This document shows positions 10,154 through 21,097 of a stretch of DNA of 64,000 bases, piece after piece. Under the pieces are notes generated by a model. That model saw only the letters and a list, made by a program, of their open reading frames with translations. It searched no databases and was not told the DNA's origin. Position 1 is the stretch's first letter. The number at the start of each line of letters is the position of its first letter. The DNA lies in the IMG/VR virus record IMGVR_UViG_3300034082_000804, positions 1 through 64,000 of that record; one strand, given 5' to 3'. The position numbers and the translations under genes are program-made. The DNA comes from an uncultured virus (IMG/VR IMGVR_UViG_3300034082_000804). Its lineage: Duplodnaviria; Heunggongvirae; Uroviricota; Caudoviricetes.

Positions 10154-10585
10154 ATGAGTAAGTATGCCAACGGCAAATACACAATCAAACACCCAGAAAA
10201 ATACATAGGTAAAAAAGTTCCTACCTATCGTAGCAGTTGGGAATTTACTTTTTGTAGTTTTTGCGATAATAATCCAGCAATAGTTAATTGGGCCAGTGAA
10301 GCAATACAGATCCCTTATTTCAATCCTGTAAAAGGCAAACAGACAATCTATGTACCAGATTTCTTAATAGTCTATGTAGATGCTAATCAACGTAAGCACA
10401 CTGAACTAATCGAAATTAAACCCAGTACTGAAACCACGATGGAATCAGCACGTAGTTATCGTGATAAACTTATGGTAGCAATGAACATGGCCAAATGGGC
10501 CGCCGCTGATGCGTGGTGTAGAGCCAACAATATTCGATTTAGAGTTGTAACCGAATACGACATCTTCAAGAATATGAAACGTTAA
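10154..10585 (+). CDS. Head completion nuclease (T4 gp4-like, TnsA N-terminal fold)
   Basis: HPEKYIG, YRSSWE, WASE, YVPDF, IEIKP, KWAAA motifs. Confidence 0.85.
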   Translation: MSKYANGKYTIKHPEKYIGKKVPTYRSSWEFTFCSFCDNNPAIVNWASEAIQIPYFNPVKGKQTIYVPDFLIVYVDANQRKHTELIEIKPSTETTMESARSYRDKLMVAMNMAKWAAADAWCRANNIRFRVVTEYDIFKNMKR

Positions 10586-10595
10586 ATAATAAACT

Positions 10596-11102
10596 ATGAC
10601 ACAAAAACTATCAGACCTATTTAATTTACCGCCTGCGGAAGAAACAACAGTTGAACAAGCAGAGAACACTATAGAAGACAATCGCGCTATGATTGAAGAC
10701 GTTGATCGTGCGATTGATAAAATAGATGCTGCACTGCCATTTGTAGCAGATTTAGACACTAGTGATAAAGAACTAGATGAACTAAGCGATCTAGCTAAAG
10801 AAAAGTTCAATGACCTAATTGATCTAGGCATGAACGTGGAAGCACGTTTTAGCGGGCATATCTTAGCCACAGCGGGCACACTGCTAGGACATGCTATTAC
10901 AGCTAAACAAGCCAAGTTAGATAAGAAGCTACGTATGGTAGACCTACAGCTTAAGAAAATGCGCTTAGATCAACAAGCAGCCAAAGATGCTGAAAAAACC
11001 GACGGTAGCAAGCTACTAGACGCCGAAGACGGTAAAGGCGTTATACTTGATCGCAACGAACTATTAAACCAGCTTTTGGGCAAGAGTAATTTGCCAAAGT
11101 AG
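10596..11102 (+). CDS. Hypothetical protein, possibly small terminase subunit
   Basis: Helical 168-aa ORF upstream of the large terminase; function inferred from size and context only. Confidence 0.4.
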   Translation: MTQKLSDLFNLPPAEETTVEQAENTIEDNRAMIEDVDRAIDKIDAALPFVADLDTSDKELDELSDLAKEKFNDLIDLGMNVEARFSGHILATAGTLLGHAITAKQAKLDKKLRMVDLQLKKMRLDQQAAKDAEKTDGSKLLDAEDGKGVILDRNELLNQLLGKSNLPK

Positions 11103-11134
11103 CATAAATAACACTATACAGGATCCTTACGAGT

Positions 11135-11758
11135 ATGAAGAACTTTTTAAATTATCTAGCAGAGAATCAAAAAACTTACGAATTCCGTGTTAAGATTGCT
11201 AACTTTGACCCTAACGAAAGAATGGACCAAATCAAAGCAGCTCTCGAAGCATACGCGGTAGAAAGCGTAAGTACACCAAAGCGTTTGCCAATCATGGAAA
11301 GCGATATTGATTTTCCTAACATCAAAAATTGTCAAGTATATCTATTAGATGCGGTACTTAAATACCCATGTAATAATGATCAGGTTCGTGCTGTTATTGC
11401 TGAACGTGCTAATATTCCGGCAGCTAATGTGTTTGTTGTTCCTAAGAACCACCCAGAAGAACTATGGCGTTGGAACGAAAGTGGTGACAGCGATCTACGT
11501 GAATTTAAACAAGGCGAAGCAGTATTAGATAAACCTTACGAAGACAATCCGGCAGCAACACAGGCTGGTAAAGACTATGCGAGTTTTAATAGTATTCTTA
11601 AAGAATTATCAACACCTAAAGAAGATATTGCTGAAGGTAAAGATGACACACCAGAAAGCAACAACGGTAAAACAACCAACGAATTACCACAAGGCAATAC
11701 TAGCCCTGTAGGTAGCAATCAAAATAAGATCCCATCCGCTAAAAAAGGACAGAAATAA
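11135..11758 (+). CDS. Putative internal head protein
   Basis: N-terminus MKNFLNYLAE resembles T4 capsid-targeting sequences; late motif at 11105. Confidence 0.5.
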   Translation: MKNFLNYLAENQKTYEFRVKIANFDPNERMDQIKAALEAYAVESVSTPKRLPIMESDIDFPNIKNCQVYLLDAVLKYPCNNDQVRAVIAERANIPAANVFVVPKNHPEELWRWNESGDSDLREFKQGEAVLDKPYEDNPAATQAGKDYASFNSILKELSTPKEDIAEGKDDTPESNNGKTTNELPQGNTSPVGSNQNKIPSAKKGQK

Positions 11759-11759
11759 C

Positions 11760-13781
11760 ATGAGCAATATGTACGATATCTTAGGTAAATTAAAATCAGT
11801 GTTTGCTACCGAAGTAGCAACTCCAAAATCATCAGAGCCATTATACGAAAGTGTAGAGCCAAAAGGTGATATCATGGAAGCTGTTAAAAGTTTAGAAGCT
11901 AAATTCCAAACATTTAACGAATCTGCCAAACCAGACTTCTTAGACATGGACAAAGATGGCGACAAGAAAGAGCCAATGAAGAAAGCTGCTAAGGAAAAAA
12001 AAGCTGAACCTTTTAGTAGCGACGACTACGATGAATACGGTGTACGTCACTCCTCATCTTTTAATCAACCACCTAAGAAAGCAGTTAAAGATAAGAACAA
12101 TGCTAAAGGTGCGTTTAAAGATATGTTTGGCGGTGACGCAAAAGATCTAACCAGCAAACTAAAAATTAAAGAAGGTCAAGGTCCATATACACTTGATGAT
12201 CCTAAACACCCTAAGTTCAAAGCAAACTACGAAAAATTTAAAAAATCTAATCCTGATTGTAAACTAGCAGACTTTGTTGCGGCAATGAAAAAGAAAGAAG
12301 CAACGATGAATGAAGCGGCTTACGACGAGCCAGAAGCACCTAATGCCGATGCTATTGCTAAACGTAAACGTCTACAAGCATTAAAAGACCGTCAAGAAGA
12401 CGAACGTGCTGAGCGTGGTGGTAGCAATACAAACACCCCAATCCGTAAAGTTGCTGGTAAAGCCTACGGTGGCGCTGCACAGAAAGATGACGTTAGCGAT
12501 TTAGATGAAGTAGCACCTCCAGGTGCTAAAGCCGAACGTATGGTTAAACACATTAAGAAAGGTTATAGTAAAGACGGTAATCTATCTAAGAAAGAAAAAG
12601 GCATTGCTTATGCTACAGCATGGAAAGCAAAAAAAGCAGGTAATTTAGATGAAGGTACAGAGTTTGGCGACACTATTAAAAATTCTGCTCCTGATATGAA
12701 AAAAGCTAAACCTACTAAACTTAAAGAAAGTCGTATGATCCAAGAGAGTGATTATTATTACGAAGAAATTGGCAAAGCATTAGCTGAAGACAATCCAAAT
12801 TTAGACACATCAACTGGTGATTTTGAAGCGGCTGTACGTAAAGAAATGGTAGCACGCGGTATGAAACCAGAACGTGCTAGAAACATTTTATTAATGGATG
12901 AAGACTTCTTGGGCGATGTAGCTAGTGCTTATGCTCACTATTGTAAAGAACTTGCTGAAAGCAGTATTGTTCCAATGACAGCACCTGTGTCAGCACCAAT
13001 AGTATCAAACACTGAAGAATTAGATGAGATTGCTAGATTAGCAGGTTTACCTCCAACAGTTAAACCAGCAGTACTTGAAGTAACTGAACTTGATGAAGCT
13101 GTTAGTCGTAAAGATTTCCGTATGGTTGCTGATTTAATCAAAGCAAATCCAGACCGTGCGAAAGCTACAGAGTTAGCACATCACCATGCTGGTATTTTTG
13201 CTCAACAAAATCCACGTTTTAAACGTGATATGTTCTTAAATGCCTGTGGCGTAGATACTACTCCAGAAGTTTCTGTAGATGAAGGTAACGAATTTACTAA
13301 AGCACGTCTTGATGCTATACAGTCAGGTAAAGATACATTTGTAGTTGGTGGTAAAACTCATAGTGTTTCTGGTGACGTATCGCAAGAAAAACAACAAGTT
13401 GAAGAAGCTATTAACGTAACAATTAATGCGTCAGCAGATAGTGCTGATGGTATTCATGTATTACAGTTGTTAGCTGGATTACAATCAGCAGAGCTACCAG
13501 CCGAACCAACAGTGCCAGTGGCTGCTCCTGAAGTGCCGGTAGCACAAGAAATTCCAGTAGGTGACGAGGGCGGTGAAGTTGCTGAAGAACGTGACATTGA
13601 GTATGTAAATACACCAAATGAAAAAATTGCTCCACTAAGCGCAGCAATTCCGAATGGTACTGATTTACATAAATCTAAACGTCAAGATCCACGCACAGCT
13701 AATAAAGCTGCTAATCCGTTAGCAGTTGAAGAAAGCCTATGGAAAGACTACGAAAGTTTAATTAGCGATATCAAAGCCTAA
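11760..13781 (+). CDS. Modular acidic protein, putative internal head/scaffold polyprotein
   Basis: 673 aa of short unrelated modules separated by hydrophobic-X-E motifs. Confidence 0.55.
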   Translation: MSNMYDILGKLKSVFATEVATPKSSEPLYESVEPKGDIMEAVKSLEAKFQTFNESAKPDFLDMDKDGDKKEPMKKAAKEKKAEPFSSDDYDEYGVRHSSSFNQPPKKAVKDKNNAKGAFKDMFGGDAKDLTSKLKIKEGQGPYTLDDPKHPKFKANYEKFKKSNPDCKLADFVAAMKKKEATMNEAAYDEPEAPNADAIAKRKRLQALKDRQEDERAERGGSNTNTPIRKVAGKAYGGAAQKDDVSDLDEVAPPGAKAERMVKHIKKGYSKDGNLSKKEKGIAYATAWKAKKAGNLDEGTEFGDTIKNSAPDMKKAKPTKLKESRMIQESDYYYEEIGKALAEDNPNLDTSTGDFEAAVRKEMVARGMKPERARNILLMDEDFLGDVASAYAHYCKELAESSIVPMTAPVSAPIVSNTEELDEIARLAGLPPTVKPAVLEVTELDEAVSRKDFRMVADLIKANPDRAKATELAHHHAGIFAQQNPRFKRDMFLNACGVDTTPEVSVDEGNEFTKARLDAIQSGKDTFVVGGKTHSVSGDVSQEKQQVEEAINVTINASADSADGIHVLQLLAGLQSAELPAEPTVPVAAPEVPVAQEIPVGDEGGEVAEERDIEYVNTPNEKIAPLSAAIPNGTDLHKSKRQDPRTANKAANPLAVEESLWKDYESLISDIKA

Positions 13782-14140
13782 TGAAAATTAACGAAATCGT
13801 TACTGAAGCTAAACTAAGAAAGGGAGCTCGTAGAGCTATCCCTGGCTTAGAAAGCTACCCGGGCCTGGATAATAACAATAATCCATATTTGGCGTATCGA
13901 TTTGGCATTGAACTAGCAGGCAGTCCTAATAGTGATCGTGACGTTGATGATCAAGGCGGCTGGGGCAGTGAATTTGCTACTATTGCCTATACAGAAGGCG
14001 AACGCGAAATCATTGATCATGCTAAAAAGAAATTTGGTATTCCTACTAAAAAACAAAGTAATAAAAAATCTTCTGAACTAGATAAAGTTAATAAAACTAG
14101 TCCAGTAGCTCAACGCAAAAAGAACAAATACGGTGTCTAA
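13781..14140 (+). CDS. Putative internal head protein
   Basis: Starts MKINEIVTE; basic C-terminus; start overlaps the upstream stop. Confidence 0.55.
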   Translation: MKINEIVTEAKLRKGARRAIPGLESYPGLDNNNNPYLAYRFGIELAGSPNSDRDVDDQGGWGSEFATIAYTEGEREIIDHAKKKFGIPTKKQSNKKSSELDKVNKTSPVAQRKKNKYGV

Positions 14141-14450
14141 TCATATACATTTAAAGTCGACTGACTTTTATAAAACAGAAGATCTTATACCTGAAGCAGT
14201 ATTAGATGAAAATGATCCTCTATTGGATATGAAACGATTAGCTGGTATTAGTTTAACTCCTGGTCTTAATGTAGGCCGTCTACAAGAATATACTACCCCA
14301 GGTAGTGTAACTACAGCAGGTAGTAATACAAGTATAACTGCTATGGAAAAGATTAACTATCAAAACGAAAACAACGTACAACCAGGAAGTCCAGAATGGT
14401 TCCGTTTATGGTTTAGTAAACCATATCTAACAGGTGAAAGTCCCTGGTAA
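14133..14450 (+). CDS. Hypothetical protein
   Basis: 105-aa GTG-start ORF containing DMKRLAGI and PGSPEWFRLWF. Confidence 0.6.
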   Translation: MSNHIHLKSTDFYKTEDLIPEAVLDENDPLLDMKRLAGISLTPGLNVGRLQEYTTPGSVTTAGSNTSITAMEKINYQNENNVQPGSPEWFRLWFSKPYLTGESPW

Positions 14451-14488
14451 TTTAGCAATACCACCTCGCAGCCAGGATAAGTAATTAC

Positions 14489-16057
14489 ATGGCACAACCC
14501 AGAGCAACCGAAAACGTTCTAGTAAAGAAACCTCATACCATTGAGAGTTACACACAAGAACAACTACAAGAATTCGCAAAGTGCGCTGACCCTATTACTG
14601 GGCCAGAATACTTTATGAGTAATTATTTTTACATACAGCATCCTACTCGGGGCCGTATGTTGTATCAACCATTTGACTATCAAAAAGGCCTAATTAACAG
14701 CTACCATAACTATCGTTATAGTATATCGTTAATGCCCAGACAAACAGGTAAGTCAACAAGTGCCGCAGGTTACTTGTTATGGTACGCTATGTTTGTACCA
14801 GATAGTACTATCCTAATTGCCGCACACAAATACACAGGTTCACAAGAAATTATGCAGCGTATTCGATATGCTTACGAAAGCGTACCCGATTATATACGTG
14901 CTGGTGCTACTAGCTATAACAAAGGTAGTATAGATTTTGATAATGGTAGTCGTATAGTAAGTGCCACAACTACTGAAAACACAGGTCGTGGTATGTCTAT
15001 ATCACTACTATATTGCGATGAGTTTGCGTTCGTTCGCCCTACCATAGGACGAGAATTTTGGACTTCTATTAGTCCCACACTAGCAACTGGTGGTAAATGT
15101 ATTATTACTTCAACGCCCAACAGCGATGAAGACCAGTTTGCTACCCTATGGAAAGGTGCGAACAAATGCGTAGATGAGTTTGGCAATCCAACTGAGTTAG
15201 GAATAAATGGATTCAGAGCATTCCGTAGCTACTGGCGAGAACATCCAGATCGTGACGAAAAATGGGCTATGGAGCAAAGAGCACAGTTAGGTGATGAACG
15301 TTTCCGCCGTGAAATGGACTGTGAGTTCATTATCTGGGACGAAACATTAATTAATCCTAGTCATTTAGTTGATATGGAAGGTAAAGACCCTATAGAGCGC
15401 CAGGGCCAAGTACGATGGTATAAAAAGCCAGAAGCTAACAAAACATATCTTGTAAGTTTAGATCCTAGTCTAGGCACAGGTGGCGACCCTAGTGCTATAC
15501 AGGTATTTGAACTGCCTACATTTATACAAGTGGGTGAGTGGCAACATAATCGTACTATTGTACAAAGACAAATTGCTATTCTCAGTGAAATTACCAAGTA
15601 CCTAAGTGAAACAGTTTCTGTTAATAACATTTACTATAGCTTAGAAAATAATACATTAGGAGAAGCCGCGTTAGTGGCACTAGCGGAGTTGGGCGAGGAA
15701 AATATCAAAGGAACATTCTTGAGTGAGCCTAAGTCAATGGGCGGCGGCCGCAGATATCGTAAAGGATTTAATACTACAAATAAATCAAAATTAAGTGCCT
15801 GCGCTAAGTTAAAAAACCTAATAGAAAGTAGAAAGATGACTGTTAATAGTAAGAATCTTATTAGCGAACTTAAAACGTTTGTGGCCAATGGTCCTAGTTA
15901 TGCTGCTAAACCCGGTGAAACTGATGACCTAGTGATGAGTTTACTGTTGTCAGTCCGCATGGCAATGTTATTACAATCATATGACAGTAGTCTCGACAAT
16001 GCTATGAGAGATACATTGGATGACATGATCGAGCCAATGCCATTCATACTTTTTTAA
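14489..16057 (+). CDS. gp17: Terminase large subunit (T4 gp17-like)
   Basis: Walker A PRQTGKS, Walker B LLYCDEFAF, ITSTPN, nuclease-domain LDPS and DDLVMS. Confidence 0.95.
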   Translation: MAQPRATENVLVKKPHTIESYTQEQLQEFAKCADPITGPEYFMSNYFYIQHPTRGRMLYQPFDYQKGLINSYHNYRYSISLMPRQTGKSTSAAGYLLWYAMFVPDSTILIAAHKYTGSQEIMQRIRYAYESVPDYIRAGATSYNKGSIDFDNGSRIVSATTTENTGRGMSISLLYCDEFAFVRPTIGREFWTSISPTLATGGKCIITSTPNSDEDQFATLWKGANKCVDEFGNPTELGINGFRAFRSYWREHPDRDEKWAMEQRAQLGDERFRREMDCEFIIWDETLINPSHLVDMEGKDPIERQGQVRWYKKPEANKTYLVSLDPSLGTGGDPSAIQVFELPTFIQVGEWQHNRTIVQRQIAILSEITKYLSETVSVNNIYYSLENNTLGEAALVALAELGEENIKGTFLSEPKSMGGGRRYRKGFNTTNKSKLSACAKLKNLIESRKMTVNSKNLISELKTFVANGPSYAAKPGETDDLVMSLLLSVRMAMLLQSYDSSLDNAMRDTLDDMIEPMPFILF

Positions 16058-16120
16058 TACCTTTTATTATGAATTGGTATAAGCAGTACACGCTGCTAAG
16101 AAGAATAGATAAATAATACT

Positions 16121-18178
16121 ATGAGAGAAACAGATAAAATAGCAGAAGCGTTATTTGAAAAAATACGTGACAGATTTGAGGATGTTAGCCTAGGCGACGA
16201 TAAAGCTAAAGCCACACAAGATCCTGAAAATGCCCGCTTCTTCAACTTTGACTATGTAGTCGATGATAAAAACTACGGCAATATTACTATTAGCCTTATT
16301 GACGAGTCTAGTCTTAAAGTATATTTTAGTAAAAACATTAGCCACGAATTACAAGATGAAGAGCGCGACAAATGGTATGCGTTCTTACGTGAACTACGTG
16401 AATTTTCTAAACGTAATTTACTAAGTTTTGAGCCACGTGATATCACTCGCGCAACACTTAAACATCGTGATCTACAACAGGTAAGCAAAGCTGATAGTAC
16501 CTACGATAAAGACGAAGTAGTTAGTGAAAGTCGTATGTATGGCACAATGAATCGTAGCTATGAGGACTTTGGTCCTGTGCGTATCAAGGTAGCACATGCT
16601 AAACCTATTACCGACGAAACACGTGGTGCACGTTCACGTAACATTGCGGCATTGTTTGTAGAAAACAATCAAGGCGAGCGTTTCCGTATGCCATTCGAAA
16701 GCCTAATTGGCACCCGTGCTATGGCACGTCATATCAGCGCAGGTGGCACACCGAGTGACGAATTTGGTCAACATATCTGTGAAATGGTTGAAGAATTAAA
16801 CAAACTGCGCCCATTTGTTCACAGTATGCGTCATAGACAATTTGAAGATGCTACTACTAACGATATGTTAGAATCAGCATTTGAATATCACGGCCTGCTT
16901 AAAAATACTCTTAAGAAACTGAAGGGTAAAAAAGGCTATAACGAATATAAAGAATCATATACTCCTCCGTTGAACGAAACAGACGAGTTTAATGAAGATG
17001 AATTACGTGAGAAGTTTGTTAAGAAAGTGTTTCCTGACAGACTATCACAAGCACTACCAATTGTACACAAGGCTTATAATATGAAAAAAGAAAACGCAAA
17101 TCAATACTCGGCACAATTTGAAAATTGGGCCAATGGGGTAGCTGAAAGCTGGGATGATAGCAACGATGCCGGTAATGAACCGATTAGTGTTGATGATCTA
17201 GCAGACTTATTAGCTGAACCAGTCCCGTTTGGGGTTGATGGTATTAACGCAGTAGCAGCAATACGTGATGCTATTAATAGCAACGAATTAGAAAGCAAAC
17301 TAGTAGCACAGGCCAAACAAAATCCAGACGCCGATGCCCGTGACAGTATTGTTAGTTGGGTATATGATAATGCTCCAACAGTGTATCAAGAGCTTATGAA
17401 CGAAATTGGTGATGTAGACTCGGGCGAATTAGGCGAGTCTGGCACAGGTGATGCCCCAGTTGATAGCATGACACGTGCTGAATTGTTAGACTTTTTAGGC
17501 GCAAGCCCAGAAGAAGTAATGAACGTCAGTGATGATGAACTACGTGTTGCGGCTAACGAAAAAGCAGAATCATTACCCGAAGGTGACACATATGGCGCAA
17601 GCGGTACAGATGAACCGGTGGTAGATGAAGCACATGATGACTATGCGGGCGAAGATCAAATTGAATCTATCCAATCAGCTATCCTACGTAGAATCTTGGG
17701 TAATATTGGACAACATCAAGAACTATTAATGAAAGCAGGTCCAGATGGTGTTATGAATGCCGCACGTGATGTAGCATCATTCCACGCACCGGTAGAAGAA
17801 TTAGGCTCAAGCGATATTAGCATTATGGTCCGCGAAGTATATCGTGAAGTAGGCGTAGAATATTCAGAGTTACCTGAACAATTAGAAAAACACTTATCAG
17901 AAGAATACTGTGACGCATGCGACAGTGCTAAATGTTGCTGTGACAATGGTAATGAAGAAATGGACGAATCTGTAGCAGGTGACGATCACGTTAACAAAGA
18001 TGAAAAACTAAAACGTATGGGCGCAAAACCATTAAGCTTCAAAGACAAACTTAAAACTATTCCTCAAGGTATTAAGGCAATGGCCAAGGGCGAACCAGAA
18101 GACGATGTAACACTATACAATAAACAGTTCGATGAAGACATCGCACAAATGCGTAAGATAGCGGGCTTAGTAAAATAA
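16121..18178 (+). CDS. Large acidic hypothetical protein, probably virion-associated
   Basis: 685 aa; late motif 5 nt before the ATG; ends QMRKIAGLVK. Confidence 0.65.
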   Translation: MRETDKIAEALFEKIRDRFEDVSLGDDKAKATQDPENARFFNFDYVVDDKNYGNITISLIDESSLKVYFSKNISHELQDEERDKWYAFLRELREFSKRNLLSFEPRDITRATLKHRDLQQVSKADSTYDKDEVVSESRMYGTMNRSYEDFGPVRIKVAHAKPITDETRGARSRNIAALFVENNQGERFRMPFESLIGTRAMARHISAGGTPSDEFGQHICEMVEELNKLRPFVHSMRHRQFEDATTNDMLESAFEYHGLLKNTLKKLKGKKGYNEYKESYTPPLNETDEFNEDELREKFVKKVFPDRLSQALPIVHKAYNMKKENANQYSAQFENWANGVAESWDDSNDAGNEPISVDDLADLLAEPVPFGVDGINAVAAIRDAINSNELESKLVAQAKQNPDADARDSIVSWVYDNAPTVYQELMNEIGDVDSGELGESGTGDAPVDSMTRAELLDFLGASPEEVMNVSDDELRVAANEKAESLPEGDTYGASGTDEPVVDEAHDDYAGEDQIESIQSAILRRILGNIGQHQELLMKAGPDGVMNAARDVASFHAPVEELGSSDISIMVREVYREVGVEYSELPEQLEKHLSEEYCDACDSAKCCCDNGNEEMDESVAGDDHVNKDEKLKRMGAKPLSFKDKLKTIPQGIKAMAKGEPEDDVTLYNKQFDEDIAQMRKIAGLVK

Positions 18179-18197
18179 CAAATATAATATCAATTAG

Positions 18198-18224
18198 AAA
18201 AGGCACTTTTATAGTGCCTTTTTT
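18198..18224 (+). terminator. Intrinsic terminator
   Basis: AAAAGGCACT-TTTAT-AGTGCC followed by a T-tract. Confidence 0.85.
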
Positions 18225-18244
18225 GTTGGCTGATAAGTAATTAT

Positions 18245-19096
18245 ATGAGTATAAAACTAGTATTACCATTTGTTGAAACTATGATTACGCAGGTGTGTAA
18301 TCTAAGTTGTCACGGCTGTACTAACTACAGTGACCTAACACACACTGGATTTGTTACTTGGGCGCAAGGACGTCAAGAACTAGAAGCATGGCTGGATCGA
18401 GTTGATATATTAGACTTTGGTATCTTAGGTGGCGAACCATTGGTCAATCCGGAAGTAGACAAATGGATTGTGGGACTACGTGAACTGATGCCCAAGGCTC
18501 AAATACGTTTTACTACAAATGGCATTAACCTAGATAAAAAGTTTCATATAGTAGATCTACTACACGACATTGGTAACTGTGTGATTAAAATTGGTGTACA
18601 TGTAGATGATCCTAGATTAGAAACAACCATACAACGTATCTATGATAGATACGATTGGCAACCTGTAACTGAATACGGTATACAACGCCATACCACAGGT
18701 GACCGTGTTAGATTTCATGTAAAGCGTCCAGATACATTCTATAAAACATATCAAGGCACATACAGCGATATGAAACCGCACGACAATGATCCAGCAAAGG
18801 CATTTGCTATTTGTTGTCAACAAACGTGCCCGCTATTACACAAGGGTAAACTACATAAATGTAGTACTGCTGGGTTAGTAAAAGAAACACTAGACAAAGT
18901 AGGCAATCCTAATGTGGAGTTGTGGGAACCGATGATAGATCATGGTATAGGTTCTGATTGCTCTGATTTAGAATTAGAACGATTTTTAGCTAACTTTGGC
19001 AAGCCCAATAGTATTTGCCGTCAATGCCCTACTGTAGACGACATTGACTCTAAAATTATACATTTAGAAAATGTGTCAACTAAAAAAATAAAATGA
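18245..19096 (+). CDS. Radical SAM protein
   Basis: CNLSCHGC, GGEP, TTNG, C-terminal Cys cluster. Confidence 0.85.
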   Translation: MSIKLVLPFVETMITQVCNLSCHGCTNYSDLTHTGFVTWAQGRQELEAWLDRVDILDFGILGGEPLVNPEVDKWIVGLRELMPKAQIRFTTNGINLDKKFHIVDLLHDIGNCVIKIGVHVDDPRLETTIQRIYDRYDWQPVTEYGIQRHTTGDRVRFHVKRPDTFYKTYQGTYSDMKPHDNDPAKAFAICCQQTCPLLHKGKLHKCSTAGLVKETLDKVGNPNVELWEPMIDHGIGSDCSDLELERFLANFGKPNSICRQCPTVDDIDSKIIHLENVSTKKIK

Positions 19097-20082
19097 CCTT
19101 AAGCATTGGCACACTTGATCGTAAGATATGGAGCAAGGATCTAATCCTAGTCTACCTATACCACTGCCTTACCAACAACAAACGAGCAACAATAGACATG
19201 TTGCCTGAAGGGTCTTGTGCTATTGGATTAGGATTGTATGAATTATTAGATCAGTTCTGTGATACTACCGGATACCCTAAATCTAACGTTACAATTAAAA
19301 CAGCTAATATGTTAGAGCAACATAGCGAATATCGAATAATACGTGATGCTAACAGCTGGTATGAGATTAGCAGCATACAGGAATGGTTGTCTAATAGAAC
19401 TATATCAACCGGCACTACTCCATCCAAACACTTTGCTAACTTTTCTAGTAGAACAAACTGGTCAAGACTATGGATAGCAACTATATTAGATACCTATTAC
19501 TCAGATAAAACATTACAAACATACTTGTACGACCAAACAACTAACAATTATAATCCTAAATTATACACAGGAATAGATGATTTGATTAGACAGGGCTGTG
19601 ATATGTATATAGAAGCAGCTAAGTTTATTGGTACATGCCCACGTACACTAGATATGCCTCAGATTTTAGAGCCTATACAACATCCGGAAAATTTAAAATT
19701 ATTAGATTACTATCACGACATATTCTTAGATGTTGTGGTTGAACCCAATGTTCACGGCAATTGTTTATTAGTAACAGAAAAGTTGTGGCGCTGTATAATA
19801 GCACGCAGACCTTTTATAGTAATGAGCAATAAAGATTATCTAAGTAATTTGCGAAAATTGGGATTCCGCACATTTGATCAGTTTTGGTCAGAGGAGTACG
19901 ATAGTTACGCAGAAGCTGATCGTATACGAGCAATACACACACAGCTTGATCTAATATCAACATATAAGGTGTCTCAACTAACTGAAATGTTAGATCTTAT
20001 GAATGATATATTAGAACATAACTATAACACATTTATTGGACTAACAGCTCATAAAGTTAAACGGGTATTTTACAATGTCTGA
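19093..20082 (+). CDS. Hypothetical protein, possibly glycosyltransferase-like
   Basis: VTEKLWR...RPFIVMS...LRKLGFRTF...EEYD block shared with the next ORF. Confidence 0.45.
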   Translation: MTLSIGTLDRKIWSKDLILVYLYHCLTNNKRATIDMLPEGSCAIGLGLYELLDQFCDTTGYPKSNVTIKTANMLEQHSEYRIIRDANSWYEISSIQEWLSNRTISTGTTPSKHFANFSSRTNWSRLWIATILDTYYSDKTLQTYLYDQTTNNYNPKLYTGIDDLIRQGCDMYIEAAKFIGTCPRTLDMPQILEPIQHPENLKLLDYYHDIFLDVVVEPNVHGNCLLVTEKLWRCIIARRPFIVMSNKDYLSNLRKLGFRTFDQFWSEEYDSYAEADRIRAIHTQLDLISTYKVSQLTEMLDLMNDILEHNYNTFIGLTAHKVKRVFYNV

Positions 20083-21097
20083 TTTAGTTAATTTCTTCTG
20101 GCAACAGGTATACAATGTTATTGATCAAAATGATCGATATGAAACTGTATTAGAATTTGGCGACACACTAGTAATTAACTTTGATTGCCTGTACGAGCGT
20201 GAGCGAACACTACGGGCCAATGATCAATTGTTGTATTACCTACACAAAATAGGGCAAGATAAACGTTTTATTTTTATATCCGAAGATGGTGCTATACTAG
20301 AACATTCTGGTGCCATTGATGTAATCAACAATATAATTAAAACGTTTAATTTAACTGCTAGCACCTGCGCAGTTATCTGTAGAGAAGAGATAGCAATACC
20401 TAATGCCACAGTTGATGTAGTTGATTGTGTACCCTATTGGTGTAAGGTATTGTATAGCAGTGTTAAAGGTATCTCTATACCGCAGGGCAATTTTACAAAA
20501 AAGTTTGCTGTTTGGTTTAATCGTGGTACTATATTTAGATTAGCTATTACACAGCACTTGTACGAACACTATTTGAATGACAGTATAATATCCTATCAAG
20601 AACAGGGCGTGCTAGTTGATAGAAAAATGACTGATTATAATCAAGAGTTAATTGCCTGGGCAGAACAGCATACCCCTATAGTCTACGATCAACTGTTTCC
20701 TAATAGAACCTACACACACGAACTAATAGTAGGTCAACGCCACCCCTACAATGAATACTTTATGGAGATTGTTTGTGAAACCGATGTGCTTGGTACTAGT
20801 TGGATTACCGAAAAGACAATTAAAAATCTATACATAGGTAAACCTTTTATTGTCATGAGTGGGGCGGGCACGCTGGCTAAACTACAGTCTTACGGGTTTA
20901 AAACATTTGCACCGTGGATAGATGAAAGTTACGATAGTATAGACAATGTCCATCTACGACAACAAGCAGTACTAGCAGAAATAGATAGTATAGCAACGCT
21001 ATCATATGCCGATATTAATAATCTGTACTCCGAAATGAAACCCGTATTAGAGCATAATAGGCAAGTATTTTTAGATGTAATACGGGCACAGCAATGA
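20075..21097 (+). CDS. Paralog of the preceding protein
   Basis: ITEKTIK...KPFIVMS...LQSYGFKTF...ESYD block. Confidence 0.45.
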   Translation: MSDLVNFFWQQVYNVIDQNDRYETVLEFGDTLVINFDCLYERERTLRANDQLLYYLHKIGQDKRFIFISEDGAILEHSGAIDVINNIIKTFNLTASTCAVICREEIAIPNATVDVVDCVPYWCKVLYSSVKGISIPQGNFTKKFAVWFNRGTIFRLAITQHLYEHYLNDSIISYQEQGVLVDRKMTDYNQELIAWAEQHTPIVYDQLFPNRTYTHELIVGQRHPYNEYFMEIVCETDVLGTSWITEKTIKNLYIGKPFIVMSGAGTLAKLQSYGFKTFAPWIDESYDSIDNVHLRQQAVLAEIDSIATLSYADINNLYSEMKPVLEHNRQVFLDVIRAQQ

